Source of the DNA: an uncultured Eubacteriales bacterium
Lineage (GTDB): Bacteria > Bacillota > Clostridia > Eubacteriales > Anaerofustaceae
DNA length: 34,018 bases
Direction of reading: 5' to 3'
NCBI GenBank assembly: GCA_902796565.1
Contig: CADBPP010000015.1
Span: forward strand, 1-34,018
Shown: in pieces, positions 10,601-19,198 of the stretch
How positions within the stretch are numbered: the stretch's first letter is position 1
How the letters are laid out: the number at the start of each line of letters is the position of its first letter
The notes under the pieces: generated by a model
The model's input: only the letters and a program-made list of their open reading frames with translations
Database searches by the model: none
What the model was told of the DNA's origin: nothing
Made by a program: the position numbers and the translations under genes

Positions 10601-12139
10601 CTACTTGGCATATTCCGTCGCTCTCGTCTCCCTGATAACGTTGACCTTGATCTGTCCGGGATATTCGAGATCGTTTTCTATCTGCTTGGCTATGTCCCTG
10701 GCGATGTGCACCATCTTCAGGTCGTCCACCACTTCGGGCTTGACCATTATGCGCACTTCCCTGCCGGCGGAGATTGCGTAGCACTTGTCGATGCCGTCGA
10801 AGCTCTTCACCAGCTCCTCCAGCTTCTCGAGCCTTCTGGTGTAGCTCTCAAGAGTCTCCCTTCTGGCTCCGGGCCTTGCCGCGGAAATGGCGTCCGCCGC
10901 CTGGATGAGCACAGCTTCCACCGTGTGGGGCTCCACGTCGCCGTGATGAGCTTCCACCGCGTGGATGACATCGCTGTTCTCCTTGTACTTCTTCAGAAGA
11001 TCGACTCCCAGCTGTACATGGGGACCCTCGACCTCATGGTCTATGGCCTTTCCTATGTCGTGCAGCAGTCCTGCCCTGCGGGCGATCCTGCCGTTGAAGC
11101 CCAGCTCGTCCGCCATGATCCCTGCCAGTATGGAAACCTCCAGGGAGTGCTTCAGCACATTCTGGCCGTAGCTGGTACGGTAGTTCAGTCTTCCGATGAG
11201 CTTCACCAGCTCGGGATGGATCTTTCCGATGTTGGCTTCGAACACGGCGTGTTCTCCCAGCTCCCTCATCTTCTGATCCACTTCCGCCTCGGCCTTTTTG
11301 ACCGTCTCCTCTATCCTGGCGGGATGGATGCGCCCGTCCACGATGAGCCTCTCCAGAGATATCCTGGCGATCTCCCTTCTCACCGGGTCAAAACCCGAAA
11401 GTATGACGGCTTCGGGCGTGTCGTCGATGATAAGGTCTATGCCGGTCAGGGTCTCGAGAGCCCTGATGTTTCTTCCCTCACGGCCTATGATCCTGCCCTT
11501 CATCTCATCCGAAGGCAGGTTCACGACGGAAACGGTGCTCTCCGCCACATGATCGGCGGCGCATCTCTGAATGGCGTAGGTTATGATCTCCTTCGCCTTC
11601 TTGTCTGCCTCTTCCTTCGCTTCCGCTTCCTTGTTCTTTATAAGCAGCGCAGTCTCTCTTGATATCTGTTTTTCTGTTTCATCCAGTAATATCTGTCTTG
11701 CGTCTTCAAATGTTAATTGCGATATCTTTTCCAGCTCATTGATCTGCTGCTGGTACAGTTTGTTTATCTTTTCTTCCTTGTTCTCGATCTCCCTGGCTTT
11801 CCGCTGGGAATTCTCGTCTCTCTTTTCTATCTGATCCATCTTTTTATCGATGGCTTCTTCCTTCTGCATGATGCGGTCTTCCAGTCTTTTGACCTCGTTG
11901 CGTCTGTCATGCATCTCCTTGTCAAGATCTTTCCTCAGACCGTAGATCTCCTCCTTCGCGTCGGCTATACGGTCTTTCTTTATCCTCTCGCTCTCATTCA
12001 CCGCGTCGTTGACGATCTGGGCAGCCTGCTGCCTGGCCTCGGCGACTTTTCCCTTGCCGGAATTGTTAGCCAGGACTATTCCAAGCCCGATGCCGGCGCC
12101 AAGGGCGATGATGATGAGCACATATGCTAATGGACCCAT
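10601..12139 (-). CDS. rny: Ribonuclease Y
   Basis: 512 aa. N-terminal TM helix '[20 protein letters not shown]', long K/E-rich coiled-coil, KH domain '[26 protein letters not shown]', HD domain '[12 protein letters not shown]' and 'AVEAHHGD'. AAGGAGGAG SD upstream. Confidence 0.97.
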   Translation of the reverse strand: MGPLAYVLIIIALGAGIGLGIVLANNSGKGKVAEARQQAAQIVNDAVNESERIKKDRIADAKEEIYGLRKDLDKEMHDRRNEVKRLEDRIMQKEEAIDKKMDQIEKRDENSQRKAREIENKEEKINKLYQQQINELEKISQLTFEDARQILLDETEKQISRETALLIKNKEAEAKEEADKKAKEIITYAIQRCAADHVAESTVSVVNLPSDEMKGRIIGREGRNIRALETLTGIDLIIDDTPEAVILSGFDPVRREIARISLERLIVDGRIHPARIEETVKKAEAEVDQKMRELGEHAVFEANIGKIHPELVKLIGRLNYRTSYGQNVLKHSLEVSILAGIMADELGFNGRIARRAGLLHDIGKAIDHEVEGPHVQLGVDLLKKYKENSDVIHAVEAHHGDVEPHTVEAVLIQAADAISAARPGARRETLESYTRRLEKLEELVKSFDGIDKCYAISAGREVRIMVKPEVVDDLKMVHIARDIAKQIENDLEYPGQIKVNVIRETRATEYAK

Positions 12140-12243
12140 TGCTCCTCCTTGTTATTTTGATGTCAATAAACACTTGTATCGATATACGCAGAAACTTTAT
12201 ATAGTGAATTATCTTTCAGAAAAACACTCTACTTATTAGAGGT

Positions 12244-12252
12244 ATTATATCA
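12244..12252 (-). promoter_or_regulatory. Candidate extended -10 element (TGaTATAAT) for rny
   Basis: The minus strand reads TGATATAAT about 105 nt upstream of the rny ATG, in an AT-rich spacer. There is no good -35, which is acceptable for extended -10 promoters. Confidence 0.4.
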
Positions 12253-12302
12253 TATAAATATAATTTTTTATCAGCATTCCATAAAAAAAGGGTATTATTC
12301 GA

Positions 12303-12351
12303 ACAAACAAATAAAAGGCCGGGCCGCTGTGCTGACACCCGCGGCCCGGCC
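12303..12351 (-). terminator. Strong intrinsic terminator, minus strand, not attached to any ORF
   Basis: Perfect 11-bp GC-rich stem GGCCGGGCCGC (12317-12327) / GCGGCCCGGCC (12341-12351) with a 13-nt loop. On the minus strand it is followed by TTTTATTTGTTTG. The plus-strand flank is not U-rich. Confidence 0.7.
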
Positions 12352-12405
12352 CGATTTGGGGGTAACCAAAAATAAAACCGTATTCATGGACCGCTTTCGA
12401 GATCC
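12303..12405 (-). ncRNA. Candidate ~100-nt small RNA (promoter-to-terminator unit), identity unknown
   Basis: Minus-strand TTGATT (12435-12440), a 17-nt spacer, TATACT (12412-17), then about 60 nt, then the 12303-12351 terminator. It lies after the trpS terminator and before the rny promoter. No convincing ORF/SD inside. Confidence 0.25.
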
Positions 12406-12495
12406 TGAAAGAGTATACACGAAGCAAAATAATAAATCAATAGGTTTTTTTGATTTTAATCATTAATAATCTAAAAATCACTGTCTAACGTCCAT

Positions 12496-12524
12496 GAAAA
12501 AGGGCCCTGGACGATCCGGGGCCC
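12496..12524 (-). terminator. Intrinsic terminator of the lon-engB-serS-X-trpS operon
   Basis: The minus strand reads GGGCCCCGG-atcgt-CCAGGGCCC followed by TTTTTCAT. It starts 18 nt after the trpS stop. Confidence 0.7.
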
Positions 12525-12541
12525 CGCTGTATCCACACTGC

Positions 12542-13546
12542 TCAGAACTGAAGGTATCCAACCTTCCTCTTTACCTTGTCCAGCACCCTCGCCGCAATGG
12601 CGGAAGCCTTTTCGCTGCCGTCCTTCAGGATATCCATCACGTACTGTTTGTCCTTTACGAGACGGTCGAACTCGCTCTGTATGGGAGCGAGACGGTCCGC
12701 GACGGCCTCACCCACAGCCAGCTTGAAATCAGCATAGCTGGAGGTCGCAAAATCGGCTTCGGCCTCCTTTACGGATTTGCCGCATACGCAGGCGTAGATC
12801 TCCAGAAGGTTGGAGATGCCGGGTTTGTTCTCCCTGTCGTGCACGATCTCGTGCCCGCTGTCGGTCACGGCTTTTTTGAACTTGGAGATGATGACGTCTC
12901 TCGGATCCTTCATAAGGATGTAGGCGTTGGCGTTCTCATCGGATTTGCTCATCTTCCTGGTGGGATCCGCCAGGCTCATGATCCTGGCGCCGCTTTCCGG
13001 AATGTATCCCTCGGGGACCGTGAAGGTGGGCGAATAATTGTTGTTGAAGCGCTCAGCGATGTTCCTGGCCAGCTCCACATGCTGGGTCTGGTCGGCTCCC
13101 ACCGGCACCAGGTCGGAATTGTACAGCAGGATGTCCGCGGCCATCAGCACGGGATAGTCGAAAAGTCCCACCCTGATGTTCTCGCCCTGTTTGGCGCTCT
13201 TGTCCTTGTACTGGGTCATGCGGGACATCTCTCCCATGTATGAGTTGCAGTTGAGTATCCAGCACAGCTCAGCATGGGCGCTCACGTGGGACTGAACGAA
13301 CAGCAGTGACTTGTCCGGGTCCACGCCGGCCGCCAGCAGCATGGCGCTGCACTCGAATGTCCTTCTCCTCAGATCCGCCGGTACCTGGGGCACCGTCAGG
13401 GAATGCATGTCGGCGATGAAATATATGCAGTTGTAGTCTCCCTGCAGATCCACCCAGTTCTTGATGGCTCCGAAATAGTTGCCGATGGTGAATTCCCCGG
13501 AGGGCTGAATCCCGCTGAAGATGGTTTTCTTGTCCTTGTCAAACAT
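12542..13546 (-). CDS. trpS: Tryptophan--tRNA ligase
   Basis: 334 aa. Class-I signature region 'GIQPSGEFTIGNYFGAI', 'KMSKS' ('RKMSKSD'), and 'VPVGADQTQHVELARNIAERFN', typical of TrpRS. GAGGAAAAAG SD upstream. Confidence 0.95.
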   Translation of the reverse strand: MFDKDKKTIFSGIQPSGEFTIGNYFGAIKNWVDLQGDYNCIYFIADMHSLTVPQVPADLRRRTFECSAMLLAAGVDPDKSLLFVQSHVSAHAELCWILNCNSYMGEMSRMTQYKDKSAKQGENIRVGLFDYPVLMAADILLYNSDLVPVGADQTQHVELARNIAERFNNNYSPTFTVPEGYIPESGARIMSLADPTRKMSKSDENANAYILMKDPRDVIISKFKKAVTDSGHEIVHDRENKPGISNLLEIYACVCGKSVKEAEADFATSSYADFKLAVGEAVADRLAPIQSEFDRLVKDKQYVMDILKDGSEKASAIAARVLDKVKRKVGYLQF

Positions 13547-13559
13547 TTTCTTTTTCCTC

Positions 13560-14825
13560 TCAGTCTTCCCCGCCTTCTTCTTCCGAAGATCCTTCCTGCG
13601 GGGCGTTCTCAGGTGCGTCTGAAGCGGGCTCAGCGTCGATGTCCACGGGAGTGGGATCGATGTAGACGGCCGCCTTCTGGTTGTCCATGCACAGATAATA
13701 CTTGCCGGTCTCGAACAGCTGCCTCGGGATCTTTATGACGTCGGCGCTGATCCTCTCGCCTCCCGGCGGGATATTGTCCTTGACCGTGCTGTATTCTATG
13801 CACTTTTCCAGTGAATATATCTGCAGGGCGTTGAAGTCATACACGCCGTAAAGGCCCTTGAGGGGGTCCTCCTGCTGCTCTTCCTCCGAGGCCTCATCGC
13901 CTTGCCCTTCACCGGCTGTCTCCTGAGTGGTATCCTCCACCGGCAGGATGAAGCTTTCCGCGGGAGCGAGCTTCGATGCGATCTCCAGAAGCTCCGCCGC
14001 TTCCTCCCCATCGGGATCGAGGGGAGAGACTGTACCGTCGGAGCCCAGGCTGAAGGGCTTAAGCATGATGTAAGGCGTGATCTCCCAGGTCTGCTCCTGG
14101 TCGGACACGTTCCTGAAGGTGTACATGACCGAGATGTATACATAGTCCGGGTCAAACTGATACGTCAGCATTGAACCCAGCACGTTCACCTCGTCGAAGG
14201 TGACCTCCACCGTTCCGTTGGACACGGTGTCCCCCGCCCTGATGACCTTGAGGGAATCATCCTTTCTGAGCATGGGCAGGAGCTTTACAGCGCCGAAGGC
14301 TATGGCTCCGAGGAGCACGGCTATAAGTATCCACAGCACGACAGTGGTCGCTCCGGAGCGGCGGTCGGACTTCGTCTTTACCTGTCCGTCGCCGTTTTCA
14401 TCAGCGGCCTCATCCTTTTTCTTTCGGGCCTTTTTCTCCCTTTTGGGCTTTTTCCCGCGGGAAGGGGTCTCTTCCCCGGGGGCAGTGTCCTCTTCTCCGT
14501 CGGGACCTTCGGGCTCCTCTCCCGTGAGGGCACCGGAAAGCGCCTCATCTGGAATGAGCGCTTCGGCGGAGGGATCTGAGGAGGGACGCGATTCCCCCTC
14601 ACCGGAGGGAGGCCTCTCCACGGTCTTTGCCGCGTCAAAATCCAGCATGCCGATATCGGCGGGATTGAAATATTCGCTCAGATCGTCATATTCCGTATCC
14701 GCCACCTCGGTGCCGGTCATTATCCCTTCCGGCCTTACAGGCTCGTATGCGGTATCACCGTCTGTTATGTTTTCTGATGCATCGTCCCCTGCGACGGGGG
14801 CAAAATCATCAAGATCTTTGACCAT
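13560..14825 (-). CDS. Hypothetical single-pass membrane protein with acidic disordered N-terminus and an extracytoplasmic beta-rich domain (possibly DUF4352-like)
   Basis: 421-aa ORF packed between serS (19-nt gap) and trpS (13-nt gap). About 130 aa of D/E/P/G-rich sequence, a basic patch 'KKPKREKKARKKKDE', a TM helix 'TTVVLWILIAVLLGAIAFGAVKLL', then 'VEVTFDEVNVLGS...YISVMYTFRNVSDQEQ'. C-terminal acidic tail. Confidence 0.6.
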   Translation of the reverse strand: MVKDLDDFAPVAGDDASENITDGDTAYEPVRPEGIMTGTEVADTEYDDLSEYFNPADIGMLDFDAAKTVERPPSGEGESRPSSDPSAEALIPDEALSGALTGEEPEGPDGEEDTAPGEETPSRGKKPKREKKARKKKDEAADENGDGQVKTKSDRRSGATTVVLWILIAVLLGAIAFGAVKLLPMLRKDDSLKVIRAGDTVSNGTVEVTFDEVNVLGSMLTYQFDPDYVYISVMYTFRNVSDQEQTWEITPYIMLKPFSLGSDGTVSPLDPDGEEAAELLEIASKLAPAESFILPVEDTTQETAGEGQGDEASEEEQQEDPLKGLYGVYDFNALQIYSLEKCIEYSTVKDNIPPGGERISADVIKIPRQLFETGKYYLCMDNQKAAVYIDPTPVDIDAEPASDAPENAPQEGSSEEEGGED

Positions 14826-14844
14826 ATCCTTAAACTCCGATGAA

Positions 14845-16128
14845 TTATTTCTTGGTTATCCTGTCCACTCCCAGCATGTAGGGGACGAGGACCTCGGGTA
14901 TCGTGATGCTGCCGTCCTCATTCTGATAGTTCTCCAGGATGGCCGCGAAGGTCCTGCCGATGGCCAGGCCGCTGCCGTTGAGGGTGTGCAGGTACTGGAC
15001 CTTTCCCTCACTGTCGCGGTAGCGCAGATTCGCTCTCCTCGCCTGGAAGTCCTCGAAGTTGGAACAGGAACTGATCTCAACATAGCGGTCGTAGCTGGGC
15101 ATCCAAACTTCGATGTCGTATGTCTTGGCGGAGGAGAAGCCGATATCTCCGGTGCACAGCTCCACCACCCTGTATGGGATGTTGAGCTTCTGCAGTATGA
15201 GCTCGGCGTCGTTGGTGAGCTTTTCCAGCTCATCGTAGCTCGTGGAAGGTTCCACCAGCTTGACCAGTTCCACCTTGTCGAACTGGTGGTTGCGGATGAG
15301 TCCCCTGGTATCCCTTCCGGCGCTTCCGGCCTCTCCCCTGAAGCAGGGAGTATAGGCGGTATAATACTTGGGCAGCTCCGTGTATGAAAGGATCTCTCCG
15401 GAATGGATGTTGGTGACGGGCACTTCCGCCGTGGGTATCAGGAAGAAGTCGTTGCCGTCATAGGTGAGCTTGTAAGCGTCCTCCTCGAACTTTGGAAGCT
15501 GTCCCGTACCGGTCATGGCCTGGCGGTTCACCATAAGGGGAGGAAGCACCTCGGTATAAGCTCCGGTCTCCTTGGTGGTGTGGGTCGTCAGCATGAAGGT
15601 CTGTATAGCCCTCTCCAGACGGGCGCCGAGGCCCTTGAACATGGAGAAGCGGGCTCCGGAGATCTTGACGGCTCTTTCAAAGTCAAGGATATCCAGGTCT
15701 GTTCCGAGATCCCAGTGGGCCTTGAACTCGAAATCGAACTTCCTGGGGGTGCCCCACCTTCTGACCTCGCGGTTGTCCGCGTCGGAACGTCCGATGCAGA
15801 TGTCGGGGTTGGGCGTGTTGGGGATCGAAAGGAGCAGATCCCTCAGCTCGCCGTCGGCCAGGTCGATCTGTTCGTTGATCTCCTTGATCTCATCGGAGAG
15901 TTTTTTCATCTCAGCCATGAGAGCGGAAGCGTCCCTGCCTTCCTTTTTCAGGATGGGGATCTGTTTCTGATCGCTGTTCTGCTGGGCCTTGAGAGTCTCT
16001 GCCCTGGTGATCAGCTTTCTTCTTTTCTCATCCGCTTCCAGCACCGGAGTGATGTCGATGTCCCCCCTGCGTCTGAGGAGCTCCTGTACTTCCTCTGGAT
16101 TCTGTCTAATTCTTTTTATATCGAGCAT
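14845..16128 (-). CDS. serS: Serine--tRNA ligase
   Basis: 427 aa. '[14 protein letters not shown]', coiled-coil tRNA-binding arm, class-II motif 2 '[25 protein letters not shown]', motif 3 '[20 protein letters not shown]'. AGGAG SD lies inside the engB 3' end. Confidence 0.96.
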   Translation of the reverse strand: MLDIKRIRQNPEEVQELLRRRGDIDITPVLEADEKRRKLITRAETLKAQQNSDQKQIPILKKEGRDASALMAEMKKLSDEIKEINEQIDLADGELRDLLLSIPNTPNPDICIGRSDADNREVRRWGTPRKFDFEFKAHWDLGTDLDILDFERAVKISGARFSMFKGLGARLERAIQTFMLTTHTTKETGAYTEVLPPLMVNRQAMTGTGQLPKFEEDAYKLTYDGNDFFLIPTAEVPVTNIHSGEILSYTELPKYYTAYTPCFRGEAGSAGRDTRGLIRNHQFDKVELVKLVEPSTSYDELEKLTNDAELILQKLNIPYRVVELCTGDIGFSSAKTYDIEVWMPSYDRYVEISSCSNFEDFQARRANLRYRDSEGKVQYLHTLNGSGLAIGRTFAAILENYQNEDGSITIPEVLVPYMLGVDRITKK

Positions 16129-16709
16129 ATCAGTTCTCCTAAAAAATTTTGCATTTCTTCAATCAGTTGTCTGTTCTGTGTCGAGAACTCCAGAACCGCC
16201 TCATCCTCGTCTATGGCGAGTTCCGAGGCAATCGTATCGAACAGCTTCGCGCGTTCGTTGCGCTTGAGCTTGTCCTCCTTTGTAAGGACGGTCACGGGGG
16301 TGATGCCGCAGGAGCGGATAAGTTCGTGCATCCTTATGTCGTCAGCTGTGGGCGGATGGCGGTAATCCAGCAGGTGGATCACCACGAAATCCGCATCCCG
16401 TTTTTTCAGGTAGCTTTCTATCAGCGGGCCGAAGCCCTCCTTTATCTTCTTCGAAGTCTTCGCGTATCCGTATCCCGGCATGTCCACGATGTAGAAGTCG
16501 TCGTTCACAAGGTAGAAGTTGGCGGTGCGGGTCTTTCCCGGCTCCGACGATGTCCTGGCAAGGCTTTTGCGTCCGAGGATCGCGTTGATGAATGATGACT
16601 TCCCCACATTGCTCTTGCCCACCAGCACTATCTCGAAGCGTCCCGCCGGAGGAAAGGCGCCGATGGCCGGGGCGCTGGTCACCAGAACGGCGCTGTTAAC
16701 CTTCAGCAT
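16116..16709 (-). CDS. engB: Ribosome biogenesis GTP-binding protein EngB/YsxC/YihA
   Basis: 197 aa. G1 'GKSNVGKSS', '[14 protein letters not shown]', G3 'DMPGYGYA', G4 'LTKEDK'. lon-ysxC adjacency is conserved in Bacillota. The start overlaps the lon stop by 14 nt; the stop overlaps the serS start by 13 nt. Confidence 0.93.
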   Translation of the reverse strand: MLKVNSAVLVTSAPAIGAFPPAGRFEIVLVGKSNVGKSSFINAILGRKSLARTSSEPGKTRTANFYLVNDDFYIVDMPGYGYAKTSKKIKEGFGPLIESYLKKRDADFVVIHLLDYRHPPTADDIRMHELIRSCGITPVTVLTKEDKLKRNERAKLFDTIASELAIDEDEAVLEFSTQNRQLIEEMQNFLGELICSI

Positions 16710-19065
16710 TCAGGTCTCCGAACACGAAGGAGAATACGTCGTCCACCTTCTCCGCGAAGGAGATGGAAAGGTTCTCCCGGATCTTTTCCGGCACGTCCAC
16801 CAGATCCTTCTCGTTCTGCTTCGGGATGATGACTCTGTCGATGCCGGCCCTGAGGGCGGCCATGAGCTTCTCCCTGAGGCCTCCGATAGCCAGGACCCTG
16901 CCGGTCAGGGTGATCTCCCCGGTCATGGCCAGTTTCTGACTGACGGGAAGGTTCCTTATGGCGGACAGCAATACCGTCGCCATGGTCACTCCGGCGGAGG
17001 GCCCGTCCTTCGGAACGGCTCCCTCGGGGGCGTGGACATGGATGGAATTCTCCTCCCAGAACTTTGGATCGATGCCGTAGCGCTCCGAATTAGCCTCGAG
17101 ATATCCCACGGCTATGCTGGCGCTCTCCTTCATCACGTCTCCCAGCTGTCCGGTGAGCTGTACCTTGCCCTTGCCCTTGAAGATCACCGCTTCCAGGGGA
17201 AGGGTGGTCCCTCCGGTGGCCGTCCACGCAAGGCCGTTCACCACGCCGGTGTAGGAGGTATCCTCCACCGTGTCGTAATGCCCCACCTGGGCTCCCAGGT
17301 ATTCCCTGAGACGTTCTGAGGTGATCTCAAGAGGCTCCTCGCGGCCGGCGACGACTTCCTTGGCCGCCTTCCTGCAAAGGGAGGCGATGCTCCTCTCCAG
17401 CTGTCTGACTCCCGCCTCACGGGTATAGTTCTCAATTATCTCACTGAGGATATCGTCGGAGATTATGATGTTGTCCCCGGTTATGCCGTTGGCCTCCAGC
17501 TGCTTGCCCAGGAGATGGCGCTTGGCTATCTCGAGCTTCTCGTCGGGAAGATATCCGTCCAGCTGTATGATCTCGAGACGGTCCATAAGGGGCGCAGGTA
17601 TGGTGGACAGGGAATTTGCGGTGGTTATGAACATCACCGGTGACAGATCGAAGGGGATCTCCACGTAATTGTCCGTGAAGGTGGAGTTCTGTTCCGGGTC
17701 CAGCACCTCCAGAAGGGCGCTGGCGGGATCTCCGTGGTAATCCTTCGAAAGCTTGTCTATCTCATCCAGCAGGAACACCGTATTGGTGCTGCCCACCTGT
17801 CTGAGGCCGGCTATGATGCGTCCGGGCATCGCGCCCACGTAAGTCTTCCTGTGGCCGCGGATCTCGGATTCGTCATGCATTCCTCCCAGGGACAGCCTGG
17901 TGAACTTCCTCTTGGTGGCCCTGGCGACGCTCTTGGCGATGGATGTCTTTCCCACGCCCGGGGGGCCCACAAGGCACAGTATCGGGCTCTTCATGGTCCC
18001 GGTGAGCTTGAGGACCGCCAGGTACTCGCTTATCCTGGTCTTGACCTTTTCGAGGCCGTAATGATCCTCCTCCAGTATGGCGTCTGCTTCGGCGATATCG
18101 AATTCACCTGCGGGCTCCTTGGTCCAGGGCAGATCCAGCACACAGTCGAAGTAGGACTGGGTGACGCTGGCTTCCTGGCTTCCCAGGGGCGTACCCTCCA
18201 GACGGTCGAGCTCCTTGAGGAGTCGGTCCTTGTATTCCTGCTCTATGGGAAGGGCGTTTATCTTCTCCCGGTATTCGGAAATGGTATCGCCGCTGCCGTT
18301 GAGCTCCCGGTCGATGAGCTCCTTCTTTTCCCTGAGGTAGCGGTGCTTCTGCTCCTCGGCAAAGTTCGAGGCAATCTTCGATTCCAGCTCCACCTCCAGC
18401 TGTGCGGTGCGCAGGGACATGTCGATGTACTCGATGAGCATCTTCATCCTCTGCTTGGTGTCAAGGCACTCCAGCGCGCTGTAGAACTGCTCCTCGTCCA
18501 GGGGGGACATGGCGGAAATGTAATCCGCCCCGTCGTCGGGCATTTTGCGGTCGAGTCCCGATTCCTTCTCGTCATCCAGACGCCCCACGATGGACATGAG
18601 GTTGTAGAACTTGTCCTTCAGCAGGGAGAACATGGCGAATTCCTCGACGGTATACTCCCGGTTGGAATAGTCCAGCATCTCCACCCTGGCCATAAGGTAC
18701 GGCTCTGTCTCCACTATCTCCTTTATCAGCACCCTGCTCTTTCCTTCGATGGAGACGCGGGTGGTCTCCCTGGAGTAGCGCATCGCTCCTTTGATGTCGC
18801 ACAGGGTCCCTATGGGTCTTATATCGTCAAGAGTTATGTCCTTGTCATTGTCGGTTATGCGGTCCGCCATCACCACCAGGCGCGTATCCTCGGAAACGCT
18901 CAGGATCGCGGAGAGATACTTGCCCCTGTACATGTCCATGGTATTGGAGGTATACGGTCCGATTATCATGGAACTGGTGGGGATGATCGGCACCGTCAGT
19001 TCATTTTCGTTTACAGATTCGGTCTTGCTTTTAGAGGTCATATCTGTAAGAAACTGCTTTAACAT
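16696..19065 (-). CDS. lon: ATP-dependent Lon protease (LonA type)
   Basis: 789 aa. N-terminal LON substrate-binding domain, AAA+ Walker A 'GPPGVGKTSIAKS', Walker B 'VFLLDEIDK', protease Ser motif 'PKDGPSAGVTMATV', and 'ITLTGRVLAIGGLREK'. AAGGAG SD upstream. Confidence 0.96.
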   Translation of the reverse strand: MLKQFLTDMTSKSKTESVNENELTVPIIPTSSMIIGPYTSNTMDMYRGKYLSAILSVSEDTRLVVMADRITDNDKDITLDDIRPIGTLCDIKGAMRYSRETTRVSIEGKSRVLIKEIVETEPYLMARVEMLDYSNREYTVEEFAMFSLLKDKFYNLMSIVGRLDDEKESGLDRKMPDDGADYISAMSPLDEEQFYSALECLDTKQRMKMLIEYIDMSLRTAQLEVELESKIASNFAEEQKHRYLREKKELIDRELNGSGDTISEYREKINALPIEQEYKDRLLKELDRLEGTPLGSQEASVTQSYFDCVLDLPWTKEPAGEFDIAEADAILEEDHYGLEKVKTRISEYLAVLKLTGTMKSPILCLVGPPGVGKTSIAKSVARATKRKFTRLSLGGMHDESEIRGHRKTYVGAMPGRIIAGLRQVGSTNTVFLLDEIDKLSKDYHGDPASALLEVLDPEQNSTFTDNYVEIPFDLSPVMFITTANSLSTIPAPLMDRLEIIQLDGYLPDEKLEIAKRHLLGKQLEANGITGDNIIISDDILSEIIENYTREAGVRQLERSIASLCRKAAKEVVAGREEPLEITSERLREYLGAQVGHYDTVEDTSYTGVVNGLAWTATGGTTLPLEAVIFKGKGKVQLTGQLGDVMKESASIAVGYLEANSERYGIDPKFWEENSIHVHAPEGAVPKDGPSAGVTMATVLLSAIRNLPVSQKLAMTGEITLTGRVLAIGGLREKLMAALRAGIDRVIIPKQNEKDLVDVPEKIRENLSISFAEKVDDVFSFVFGDLNAEG

Positions 19066-19096
19066 CTTGGCTCCTTTTGATAGATATACAACTTAC

Positions 19097-19125
19097 ATTA
19101 TACTCTGTAATGTTCCTCATAGCAA
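19097..19125 (-). promoter_or_regulatory. Sigma-A-type promoter of the lon operon
   Basis: The minus strand reads TTGCTA (19120-25), a 17-nt spacer, TATAAT (19097-102), about 32 nt upstream of the lon ATG and just after the upstream terminator. Confidence 0.6.
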
Positions 19126-19160
19126 GAATTTGACCAGTTTTAAAAAACGGCTCTGCCGAT

Positions 19161-19190
19161 AAAAAAAGGCACGGGGTGCTTCCCCGTGCC
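19161..19190 (-). terminator. Intrinsic terminator of the DUF2975/HTH/membrane-protein operon
   Basis: 9-bp stem GGCACGGGG (19168-76) / CCCCGTGCC (19182-90) with a 5-nt loop, followed on the minus strand by a T7 run (19161-67). It sits 9 nt after the 537-aa ORF stop. Confidence 0.85.
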
Positions 19191-19198
19191 CTGCATGT

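Noticed and set aside
12245-12427. 60-aa minus-strand ORF in the trpS-rny spacer.
   Set aside because: It reads straight through the 11-bp GC terminator hairpin and the rny promoter region. It has no SD and no recognisable motif. The region is better explained as non-coding (see the candidate sRNA).
12528-12536. DnaA-box-like 9-mer GTATCCACA just downstream of trpS. A similar ATATCCACA lies inside pgcA at about 8982-8990.
   Set aside because: These are single, isolated 8/9 matches in or next to coding sequence. They form no cluster and have no AT-rich unwinding element nearby, so they are expected by chance.
19129-19135. GGTCAAA (minus strand) overlapping the lon -35, a possible CtsR operator.
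   Set aside because: The CtsR operator is a direct repeat of the heptad (GGTCAAA-nan-GGTCAAA). Only one half-site is present; the second position reads TTGCTAT.
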